A DNA stretch of 32,000 nt from Cylindrospermum sp. FACHB-282 (GCF_014697195.1 NZ_JACJRJ010000041.1:1-32000), one strand, 5' to 3'. Shown: positions 10,099 to 18,517, numbered from the stretch's first letter. Notes: generated by a model not told the origin, from the letters alone. Numbers and translations are program-made.

Positions 10099-10882
10099 AG
10101 AAGGAATATATAACGCAATTATCACTGGAATTTTCAACCGTTATTATCAACCTAATTTGGATAACTTTGAATTTAACCGCGATGAGCTTCCAGAAATAGC
10201 TAATCAGCTAGGTATTCAACCCCCTAAAAACCTTGGTGATCTTCTCTATTGTTTTCGTTATAGAAGACCACTACCTAAAGCTATAACAGATAAAGTACCT
10301 GAAGGCATGGAATGGATTATAGAGTCAAAAGGTAGTAGTAATTATAGTTTTCGGCTGGTACAAATGAATCGAATTATCCCTAATAAAAATCTAATAAAAA
10401 TTAAAATTCCTGATGCAAGTCCTGAAATAATTGATAAGTATATGTCAGGTGATGAACAGGCACTTTTAACTAAAATACGTTACAACAGATTAATTGATAT
10501 ATTTTTAGGCATTACAGCATACTCTTTACAAAATCACTTAAGAACTACAGTGACAGGAGTTGGTCAAATAGAAATAGATGAAATTTATGTAGCCATAAAT
10601 AGTAATGGTGTGCAATTTATAATCCCTGTTCAAGCTAAAGCAGGTAATGATCAAATTGGTGTTGTTCAGACAAAACAAGATATTGGTTACTGTACTGAAA
10701 AATTTCCTGATCTAATTTGTCGTTCCATATCAGCACAATTTATGGAAAAAAATCTAATTGCTATGTTTGAATTAGCAATAGAAGAAGGTGAAGTAAAAAT
10801 TGTGCAAGAGAAACATTTTAACCTGGTTCCAGCAGAGCAAATTTCTGAAGCAGATTTAAAAAATTATAGAAATTATGAATAG
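10091..10882 (+). CDS. uncharacterised 263-aa protein, putative cognate type II restriction endonuclease
   Basis: The ATG overlaps the MTase stop by 8 nt (10091-10098), which suggests translational coupling. The gene is AT-rich like the MTase gene. A possible PD-(D/E)xK-like catalytic pattern is present (GQIEIDEIYV ... FIIPVQAKAG). I recognise no family by eye, so the product call is contextual. Confidence 0.5.
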   Translation: MSKEGIYNAIITGIFNRYYQPNLDNFEFNRDELPEIANQLGIQPPKNLGDLLYCFRYRRPLPKAITDKVPEGMEWIIESKGSSNYSFRLVQMNRIIPNKNLIKIKIPDASPEIIDKYMSGDEQALLTKIRYNRLIDIFLGITAYSLQNHLRTTVTGVGQIEIDEIYVAINSNGVQFIIPVQAKAGNDQIGVVQTKQDIGYCTEKFPDLICRSISAQFMEKNLIAMFELAIEEGEVKIVQEKHFNLVPAEQISEADLKNYRNYE

Positions 10883-10930
10883 AAAATTAGCTTGAATTCT
10901 TTGTTTTTATAAAATTTGCCTGTTTTTAGT

Positions 10931-10953
10931 AAAAACCCCCTGTTGTTAGGGGG
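10931..10953 (-). terminator. GC hairpin + U-run (read on the minus strand), candidate intrinsic terminator between the convergent genes
   Basis: CCCCCT (10936-10941) / AGGGGG (10948-10953) with a 6-nt loop. It is preceded on the plus strand by AAAAA (10931-10935), which is a U-tract after the hairpin on the minus strand. It lies about 150 nt downstream of the 11105 stop and about 50 nt downstream of the 10882 stop. Confidence 0.4.
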
Positions 10954-11104
10954 TATCCACTTCTTTCAACGAGGGCATCCATAATTTATTTATCACCCCA
11001 TGACAACAAGATTATGCAGAGTGAGCATATTTCATCAAGAAATAGCACATTTTTTTCTCGTTTAGTGGTGGGTTAAGATGATGCAAAGCCCCCTAGAAGC
11101 TAGA

Positions 11105-12277
11105 TTATTTCCATACTAGGGCATTTTTCTCAGCATAGCTGAGATTTCGCTGATACTCTAGAATTTTTTGTTGGGCTAGTGCATAATTAGAACTAGAAGC
11201 TGGTACATTTTTCATTAGTTCAATGGCTCTTTTCCACCCATTGACAATATTATTCCATTCAGTTTTAGATTTTGCTGATTGGGTGAGGTTCGCTGCAATG
11301 ATTGCTTGATTCACAGCCTCTCGAAAATTATCAGTTTGCGTTAATGTAGAAGGTGCTGATTGAGGCTGAGAAATGACAGCAAGAGGTATATTTTTTTGAA
11401 TATTTAGTAATTGCGAAAACAAGTAGATGCCGACAGCAACTAAGGGAGTTACAAGGATGAGGAGCAATTTTTTATTTAACTTAATCTTAAGATAATTTCG
11501 TGAATTTTGCTCAGATACCGCTACCAGTTCTGTTAACTGCGATTTTCCCTTTTTGATTTGAGTTAAACCCATATCAGCACGCAATTGATCAAGTTCTAAA
11601 TCTGTGGCATTACTAATATAAATTTTATGTTTACCTTGATATTTTTGAAGCATCAATTTCAGCTTTGGTATAAGTTTTTTCCTAAAAATATATTCACCCT
11701 GATAAAGATATACAGTAATAATAGTCCAAATTATAAACCAAGGTCTGTTTACGAAATCATTATTTTCAATGCTACTAAAAACCACCTTTGCAGCACGTCC
11801 AGTCATGCGTCCAGCACATCCACTTATTACATCTCCTGTTTGATAGAGTGATTTGCAATCTACAAATGCTAATTCCGAAAAAATAGTTAGGATTAATATA
11901 AAGGACAATCCTATGACAACTGTGGCATAAAACCCTTCCCATAAGCTACTTGAATGGGGTATCCATTTGGGCAAACATAAACGTTTATTTGATTCGTTTT
12001 TCTTCCAAATAAACCAGAAAATATGGTAAATAAATGACAAGAAAATTGTTGGTATTAATAAGCCAAATAGAATAGAAAATATTAATAATAAAGGGCTATT
12101 TGCGATAGCTGATACAATGACTCCTGTAAATCCAAAGAATATCAAACCCGCACCTGGAAAGGCTAAAGGAATTAGGATAGCTGCCCTAAACCAAGAACTA
12201 GGGTATGGGAACCATGCAGGCCAATGGAACTTTTGTATTTTTTGCTTAGTAGCTTCCAAACTATTTGGCTTGGTCAT
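11105..12277 (-). CDS. multi-pass membrane protein with a C-terminal extracytoplasmic helical domain, function unknown
   Basis: 390-aa ORF. It has several N-terminal hydrophobic helices (e.g. AAILIPLAFPGAGLIFFGFTGVIVSAI, LLLIFSILFGLLIPTIFLSFIYHIFWFIW) and a further TM (LLLILVTPLVAVGIYLFSQLL). The C-terminal W..V..W..AIELM..VP.SS.NY.LAQQKI.EYQRNL pattern recurs at the ends of many cyanobacterial proteins. It is AT-rich like the adjacent MTase pair. Confidence 0.7.
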   Translation of the reverse strand: MTKPNSLEATKQKIQKFHWPAWFPYPSSWFRAAILIPLAFPGAGLIFFGFTGVIVSAIANSPLLLIFSILFGLLIPTIFLSFIYHIFWFIWKKNESNKRLCLPKWIPHSSSLWEGFYATVVIGLSFILILTIFSELAFVDCKSLYQTGDVISGCAGRMTGRAAKVVFSSIENNDFVNRPWFIIWTIITVYLYQGEYIFRKKLIPKLKLMLQKYQGKHKIYISNATDLELDQLRADMGLTQIKKGKSQLTELVAVSEQNSRNYLKIKLNKKLLLILVTPLVAVGIYLFSQLLNIQKNIPLAVISQPQSAPSTLTQTDNFREAVNQAIIAANLTQSAKSKTEWNNIVNGWKRAIELMKNVPASSSNYALAQQKILEYQRNLSYAEKNALVWK

Positions 12278-12819
12278 AATCAGTGAAAGATAAAAACTGA
12301 GAACTAAGTCTTATATTCTCAGAATTGTCCTCTTAAAGCACTAAGTAATATTTCGATAATTTTTTAGGTGATTTATTTAAAATATAATTACAAGTTTGAA
12401 ACAAGTAAGTAAAATTACTGAACTGTTCACATATCATATATAATAATCATATTTTCATTCAGGGAAATTGCTTGGTTAAGGAACCGCAGAGTACACAGAG
12501 AGAAGAAAGAAGAATATTTACAATTAATTTAGGACTGCTTTAGCAGGGGTAAATTGAAAAGTATCGCCCATTGTACGTTACCAAAAAGTAGTTTTTCTTT
12601 TCGGCACTGGCTAAATTTTCAGGATTACTGTTACGCATATTTATGTTTTTGTAAGTAAGTTGTGGTTAACTGATTGCTAATGTTGGGCAAATTATCAATA
12701 AATTTGGCATTTGCCTGTTAGCAAAGGGTTACATTATCTTTAGAATTAAAGATATCTGTAGCTACACCGTTACTAGAACCGATTTCGGAACCGAAAATTT
12801 TTTAATTCCTGCTTTAAAC

Positions 12820-13485
12820 ATGAAAATTTATCAGCATCATGCTTGGCCCTCGACACTAGAGGAAGCCATAGCTATCCAAGAAAGCCTGCAAACACAGGTA
12901 ATCACTACAGACCAACTAAAAGAACCTGTCCAGTATGTTGCGGGTGTGGATATGGGTTTTCTCGAAGATGGTACGATTAGCCGTGCTGCTGTAGCGGTGC
13001 TGAGTTTTCCCGATTTGCAGTTGGTGGAGACAAGCCTAGCATATCGTCCCACAACTTTTCCTTACATTCCTGGTTTCCTCTCTTTTCGGGAAATCCCCGC
13101 TGTTCTCGATGCCCTAGAAAAGATTAAAATTACACCAAATATCATCCTGTGTGATGGTCAGGGAATCGCTCACCCCCGGAGATTTGGGATAGCTTGCCAT
13201 TTAGGATTGCTGCTGGATATGCCGACCATTGGCGTAGCAAAATCGTTGCTCATTGGCAAGCATGAGGAATTACCAGACAAGAAAGGTAGTTGGCAGCCAT
13301 TGATACATCACGGTGAAAAGATAGGGGCAGTTCTACGGACGCGGACGGGGGTTAAACCTGTGTATGTCTCCAGTGGTCATCGAATCAGCTTACCGACGGC
13401 GATTGATTACGTATTGCGCTGCACACTAAAATATCGCCTGCCAGAAACTACGCGTATTGCTGATAAATTAGCCTCGGCGAGATAA
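12820..13485 (+). CDS. nfi: endonuclease V (deoxyinosine 3' endonuclease)
   Basis: 221-aa ORF with YVAGVDMGF, PYIPGFLSFREIP, DGQGIAHPRRFGIACHLGL and IGVAKS motifs typical of Nfi. Confidence 0.93.
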   Translation: MKIYQHHAWPSTLEEAIAIQESLQTQVITTDQLKEPVQYVAGVDMGFLEDGTISRAAVAVLSFPDLQLVETSLAYRPTTFPYIPGFLSFREIPAVLDALEKIKITPNIILCDGQGIAHPRRFGIACHLGLLLDMPTIGVAKSLLIGKHEELPDKKGSWQPLIHHGEKIGAVLRTRTGVKPVYVSSGHRISLPTAIDYVLRCTLKYRLPETTRIADKLASAR

Positions 13486-13594
13486 TGATTTATTGAAGTT
13501 TCTTCTCAAGACTTGCTTGCTACAACTCAATCGTGTTAGGAATCGCACAGAAAGGAGTTGAAGTAGCTAAATACGATTTACCTAAGTTAGAACA

Positions 13595-14167
13595 ATGAAC
13601 GCACTAACTTTACAGTGGCAAGATGCAGGTCAAAATAAAACACAGAATATTTACGAACAACAGCCAAGTAAAAATCCTGGTACTGTGCGTATTGGTCGTG
13701 ATCCACGACAGTGCGATATTGTTGTGACTAATCCAACTGTATCGGGTCTGCACGTGGAAATTTTTTTTCACAGCCAGCAGCAACGCTTTTATATTAGAAA
13801 TTTGCGATCGCCAAATCCCCCCCTTGTAGATGGAAAGCAACTAGTCCAAGGTGAAATGCCTTTGACTGAGGGCAGCATGATCTATTTGGGACAAATGAAA
13901 CTCTATGTTACTACTGTGATCATCAACAGCATTCCGGCAACAATTTTGGCACCATTGCCACTACCCGTTGCACAGCCCAAACCACAGGCAAATTTAGGAC
14001 ATCACCACCATCAACAGTCATCCCCAACACATCCGCGAGGCGTTTATGGATTAGAGTGTCCTCGATGCCATAAAGTTTCCCCCGCTGAAAATCTGCAAGT
14101 AGGCTGTCCTTGGTGTGGTACATCTTTAGCAGCAGCAGTAAGTGTACTGGTAGCACCCAGTAATTAG
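13595..14167 (+). CDS. FHA domain protein with Pro/His-rich linker and C-terminal zinc ribbon
   Basis: FHA core VRIGRDPRQCDIVVTNPTVSGLHVEIFF...FYIRNL.SPNPPLVDGKQL. The linker is PLPLPVAQPKPQANLGHHHHQQ. The C-terminal CPRC-x17-CPWC is a four-Cys ribbon. Confidence 0.85.
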   Translation: MNALTLQWQDAGQNKTQNIYEQQPSKNPGTVRIGRDPRQCDIVVTNPTVSGLHVEIFFHSQQQRFYIRNLRSPNPPLVDGKQLVQGEMPLTEGSMIYLGQMKLYVTTVIINSIPATILAPLPLPVAQPKPQANLGHHHHQQSSPTHPRGVYGLECPRCHKVSPAENLQVGCPWCGTSLAAAVSVLVAPSN

Positions 14168-14186
14168 GGACATGGGAAAACAAATC

Positions 14187-14257
14187 AATTCAAAATTCAA
14201 AATGTAAAAGTCAAAAATTGGATTCTTCATTTTGAATTTTGAATTTTGAATTTTGAA
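14187..14257. repeat. inverted heptamer-repeat hairpin: AATTCAAAATTCAAAAT / (TTTTGAA)x4
   Basis: A perfect 17-nt inverted repeat (14187-14203 vs 14229-14245) with a 25-nt spacer. The right arm continues as 4 tandem TTTTGAA units (14230-14257). It sits between the two FHA genes. Confidence 0.9.
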
Positions 14258-14271
14258 TTAGAGCGCAGCGA

Positions 14272-16227
14272 ATGACTAACCAAATTAAATTAAGTTGGGA
14301 AGATCCAGCAACCGGAGAACGGCGAGAACCAAATTTGAGCGTACCGATCGCATTTGGTCGAGAATTCGCCCGATTACCTGCTGAACTCAGGGGGCAGCGT
14401 GTTTCGCGGATGCTGCTGAATAGTAACGAAGTCTCTCGCTATCATGCCTTAATTGACTGGGAACAAAACCAACCGGTAGTGATTGACCAAGCTAGCGTTA
14501 ATGGTGTAATTGTCAATGGTCAACGGCAAACGCGCAGTATTTTAGCTAATGGCGATACGTTACAAATTGGCCCCTACATAATCACGGTGACCTTTGGTAT
14601 CAACGTCACCGCCCAAATCATCAGCAACCGTTCAGAAATTCAGTTTAACCCAAATACTAATCTCCCAGACCCCAGTTTACCGCTAGCCCGTCCGGTAACG
14701 CCTCTAGGTAGCAATTTTCCCCCACCAGCATTTCAGGCGGAAAATGTCTCTGTACAAGCGCTTCATGCTACAGGCTTACCAGTTGATGAATTTGATTATC
14801 TAGCAATTGGGGCGGGACTTGGTAGTTTTGTCTGGGTTGATTTGCTGCGAATTAGTGGCGTCCGTCCTGACAAAATTTTGGCTTTGGGATTAGAAGCGGA
14901 ACCCTACGCACGTTATAAACGCCTTTGTCTAAATTCGCAAATTCCCTTACAGGAAAGATTGCGCTCTAATTCTGACTCTTGTCCTGATAATATTTGGGGC
15001 TGGCCTAGCTATGCCTTGCGGGAATCTTGGCGTGATTTCACCAAAGGTCAGATAAACTCAGCATCTAAGTATTTGTGGCAAGTATTTTCTGAACCAACTT
15101 TTATAGAAACTTATACACCCCGTGCGGCTAACGTCTTTGATTCTTTAGATCGAGAGGCCCAGCGCATTGGCTGGAATCAAATTTATCGTTATGGGCGAGT
15201 TAGGTCAATTCGCAAAACTGATGATGGTAGGTATTGTGTAGCCTATTCTCGTCAAGGAGGCGGAAATCATGCTTTTGTTGTTACTCGTTATTTACATTTG
15301 TCTCCTGGGTATCCAGCAATTCAATTTCTTCCAGATTTGCAGGCTTATCGCGAAAAATATCAAGATTTTAAGTCTGTCGTCAATGCTTATGAAGCACACG
15401 ATCATGTTTATCAACAGTTGGAGCAACAGGGTGGAACTGTATTGATTCGGGGCCGGGGAATTGTGGCTTCGCGGATTTTTCAGCGGATTTATCAGGCCAG
15501 ACAGCAAAATCGCCAGATTACAGTTTTGCATTTAATGCGATCGCCTAAACCCCAAGGCAACAAATTTCAAACAGCAACACGTCTAGTCAAAAATCATTAC
15601 GAATTTCAACCCTTTAACTGGCCAAAAGCCTGTTGGGGTGGTGAACTCCGGGCTATGTTAGAAAAAGCAACTCCCGAAGAACGCAAAAGCTTACTAGCAG
15701 ACTGGGGCGGTACAACCACAGCAGATCGTCAAGACTGGCAGCGCATCACCGAACAAGGTTTAAAAGAAGGCTGGTATCAAATTGCCTTTGGTGAAGTGTT
15801 AGACGTAGAACAAGATGGCCAAAACCGCACAATTACCAGTATCCAAGAAAAAGGCTTTGGGGAAATGAAGCTAGCCGCTGACTTTATTATTGACGCCACC
15901 GGACTAGATGCCAAAGTAAATGCCAGTCCCCTACTAGAAGACTTAGTCAAGCATTACAGCCTACCGCTGAATTATCTAGGGCGGTTAGTAGTAGCGAACA
16001 ATTTTGAACTGGTAGAAATGCGTAGTGGCAAAGGGCAGATGTACGCAGCTGGGGCAATTACCCTCGGTGGCCCCTATGCAGCCGTTGATAGTTTCCTCGG
16101 CTTGCAGTACGCCGCCCTAGTCGCCGTCGATGGACTCGCCACCGCCCGTGCGCCAGGAGTTCAGCGTTTGAGTGCTATAAGTTCCTTTAGGCAGTGGTTG
16201 AAGTGGGCGTTAAATCAGTCACCCTAG
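14272..16227 (+). CDS. FHA domain protein fused to a two-dinucleotide-binding-domain (FAD/NAD(P)) flavoprotein-like domain
   Basis: N-terminal FHA (IAFGREFA...NSNEVSRYHALIDW...VIDQASVNGVIVNGQ...GDTLQIGPY). The first Rossmann motif is DYLAIGAGLGSFVWVDLL and the second is VLIRGRGIVASRIFQRI. DFIIDATGLDA (ATG motif) and MYAAGAITLGGP (GD-like motif) lie near the C-terminus. Confidence 0.85.
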   Translation: MTNQIKLSWEDPATGERREPNLSVPIAFGREFARLPAELRGQRVSRMLLNSNEVSRYHALIDWEQNQPVVIDQASVNGVIVNGQRQTRSILANGDTLQIGPYIITVTFGINVTAQIISNRSEIQFNPNTNLPDPSLPLARPVTPLGSNFPPPAFQAENVSVQALHATGLPVDEFDYLAIGAGLGSFVWVDLLRISGVRPDKILALGLEAEPYARYKRLCLNSQIPLQERLRSNSDSCPDNIWGWPSYALRESWRDFTKGQINSASKYLWQVFSEPTFIETYTPRAANVFDSLDREAQRIGWNQIYRYGRVRSIRKTDDGRYCVAYSRQGGGNHAFVVTRYLHLSPGYPAIQFLPDLQAYREKYQDFKSVVNAYEAHDHVYQQLEQQGGTVLIRGRGIVASRIFQRIYQARQQNRQITVLHLMRSPKPQGNKFQTATRLVKNHYEFQPFNWPKACWGGELRAMLEKATPEERKSLLADWGGTTTADRQDWQRITEQGLKEGWYQIAFGEVLDVEQDGQNRTITSIQEKGFGEMKLAADFIIDATGLDAKVNASPLLEDLVKHYSLPLNYLGRLVVANNFELVEMRSGKGQMYAAGAITLGGPYAAVDSFLGLQYAALVAVDGLATARAPGVQRLSAISSFRQWLKWALNQSP

Positions 16228-16560
16228 AGAACTCCAAAAAATATAGCGCTTCTCGCTTCATTGCCATACTCTCGGAACCCCTAGAAAATCGCTATAAATC
16301 ATCCCGTAGAAGAGGCCCGAAAGCCTGTTAGCGAAGAGGAAAAGGGGCAGGGATCTCTTAGCAGGGGGGAAAACCCCATAAATAAATTTAGGCGATTGAA
16401 ACCCTTTTGGTAGGGGAATCTCATGAATCCTCCCCCTGCCCCCTGCCTCTTCTGTCTGTCAGGTTGTTTAACTAAATCCCTCTGCGGATTCATGAAAATA
16501 GGAATTAGTTGCTTCAAAAATAGAGCATATTCTAGTTTTTTCATCAGTGCATAAATCCTC

Positions 16561-18420
16561 ATGGCTAAAGTTGAAGAATTTGCACCTGAAAAACTCTCCG
16601 AAGCAGACCTAAAACCGCGAGGGAGAGTTCAACTGAGTCCTGTCAGTTGGCGAGATCAATTTTTGTACCAGCTAATACCGGATAGATTTAGTGACGGTAA
16701 TGAAGCTGAACGGGAACTCTTTGACCCCACCAACCCTTTAAGATACAAGGTTAAAGACAAAGCTGACTGGATGGCAGCAGGCACAAAGTTTGTAGGTGGC
16801 ACTCTCAGGGGAATTAAAAGTAAACTGGACTACTTGCACCGCCTGGGAGTAACAACACTCTCGATTAACCCACCTTGGCGACAACGCCCGGAACTAGAAA
16901 CTTACCACGGCTACGGCATTCAAAATTTTTTGGATATTGACCCCCGTTTTGGGACTCGCCAAGATTTAAGAGATTTGATCGATGCTGCCCACGATCGCAG
17001 CATGTATGTCATCTTAGGTGTAGTCTACAACCGTAGTGGCAATAACTGGTTCTACAGGGACGAAAACAATGGCAGTCCCAGAGACACCATGCCTTACCGC
17101 CAATGGCCTCCCTATCCTGTTCATGGTTGGCGTTCTAGCACAGGCGAAAGCATCCCCGAAATCACCACTCTCGTCGATGGCGTTTGGCCAGAGGAATTTC
17201 AAAATCTCAACTGGTACTCCCGTTCTGGAGAAATTGCCAGCTGGGAATTTTCATATTGGGAAGATGTTCTCAGCGCCTATGCAGAATTTCGGCGTGGCGA
17301 CTTCTATGATCTCAAAGACCTGAACCTAGATAAAAATGAAGTAATTGCAGCTTTAGCAAAAGTTTATCAGTATTGGATTGCTCTCTCTGACTGCGATGGC
17401 TTGGGGATGGATGCAATAAAGCAGGTTTCTCCTCAAGATTCCCGTCAATTCTGTACTGCAATTCGCGAATATGCCCAATCTATCGGGAAGGAAAATTTCT
17501 TACTGACAGGAGAGATAACTTCCGATAGCATGGCGGGCCCATACATTGACATTATTGGTCGTAACCTTAGCGCCATACTAGACATTATGCATGCTCCTAA
17601 TAAATTGGGGGCAATGGTGAAGGGATTAGTACATCCCAAAGAGTTTTTCGATTTGTATGGCGAAAATAATCTTGCAGGCCAATATCGGCAAATAGGGCTG
17701 TATCATGTCTCCGTTTTGGATGACCATGATATGATATCCCGTCCCAGCAAGCAGCGGTTTGCCGCCCATAGCAATGTCCCTAACCTCTATCAACAGGTCG
17801 CCCATGTTGTCGGCGTGCAATTAACTATGCCGGGAATTCCTGCTATATATTATGGGACAGAACAGGCTTTTGATGGCAATGAAGGTAATCACGACTACAA
17901 CGTAGAAGGTGGTCGTTTTGCTGTAGATAGATACATCAGAGAAGCTATGTTCGGCGGCGCTTTTGGTGCCTTTCAAACGGCAGGCTGTCATTTTTTCAAT
18001 CCAGATCATCCTACCTATTTGCGGATTTCTGCGATCGCTCGTCTTCGCAACAATCAAGATAAAATTGGCAAAGCTCTGCGCCGTGGACATCACTACCTGC
18101 GCGAAACATCCTTTTGTAACTACCCATTCTCGATTCCCGGACAAGGAGAATTGGTTGCTTGGTCACAGATTTTATTTGATACAGAAGTTTTAATGGTACT
18201 CAACACTCACGGCTTAGAAAACCGGGGTGCAGAAGTGACAGTAGATACTTTCATCCATCCCAACGGCTCAACAATGACTTTTTTGTACAAAGGTGATTGG
18301 AATCATACAGAATTACGTTATCCACCAGAAAATCAAATTGTATCTGTGCAACATCACAATGATAGTCGGGCATCTGTGAGAATTGATTTACCTCCCTCTG
18401 GAATGGCGATTTTAGTGTAG
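16561..18420 (+). CDS. alpha-amylase-family (GH13-like) protein with atypical conserved-region residues
   Basis: FLYQLIPDRFSDGN, GVTTLSINPPW and YHGYGIQNFLDIDPRFGT are present. The GH13 regions are I ILGVVYNRSG, II DGLGMDAIKQV, III LLTGEITSD, IV VSVLDDHDM. No signal peptide is evident. Confidence 0.85.
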   Translation: MAKVEEFAPEKLSEADLKPRGRVQLSPVSWRDQFLYQLIPDRFSDGNEAERELFDPTNPLRYKVKDKADWMAAGTKFVGGTLRGIKSKLDYLHRLGVTTLSINPPWRQRPELETYHGYGIQNFLDIDPRFGTRQDLRDLIDAAHDRSMYVILGVVYNRSGNNWFYRDENNGSPRDTMPYRQWPPYPVHGWRSSTGESIPEITTLVDGVWPEEFQNLNWYSRSGEIASWEFSYWEDVLSAYAEFRRGDFYDLKDLNLDKNEVIAALAKVYQYWIALSDCDGLGMDAIKQVSPQDSRQFCTAIREYAQSIGKENFLLTGEITSDSMAGPYIDIIGRNLSAILDIMHAPNKLGAMVKGLVHPKEFFDLYGENNLAGQYRQIGLYHVSVLDDHDMISRPSKQRFAAHSNVPNLYQQVAHVVGVQLTMPGIPAIYYGTEQAFDGNEGNHDYNVEGGRFAVDRYIREAMFGGAFGAFQTAGCHFFNPDHPTYLRISAIARLRNNQDKIGKALRRGHHYLRETSFCNYPFSIPGQGELVAWSQILFDTEVLMVLNTHGLENRGAEVTVDTFIHPNGSTMTFLYKGDWNHTELRYPPENQIVSVQHHNDSRASVRIDLPPSGMAILV

Positions 18421-18517
18421 TAAATCAGGGAAATTTAGAGACTCTACATCTACATAACTAGCAGCTTAGGCTAAATAGTATTCTTGCAAGAGTTTTAATG
18501 TCTCGACATTTGAATTA

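Noticed and set aside
12820-13485. Functional link between nfi and the adjacent R-M-like island
   Set aside because: nfi has core-like composition and is a housekeeping repair gene. Adjacency is most simply explained by the island's insertion site.
16299-16562. 87-aa minus-strand ORF in the spacer before the GH13-like gene
   Set aside because: It is composed of the G/C-block inverted repeats (the GGGG/PPP runs come from the repeat sequence), with no plausible start context.
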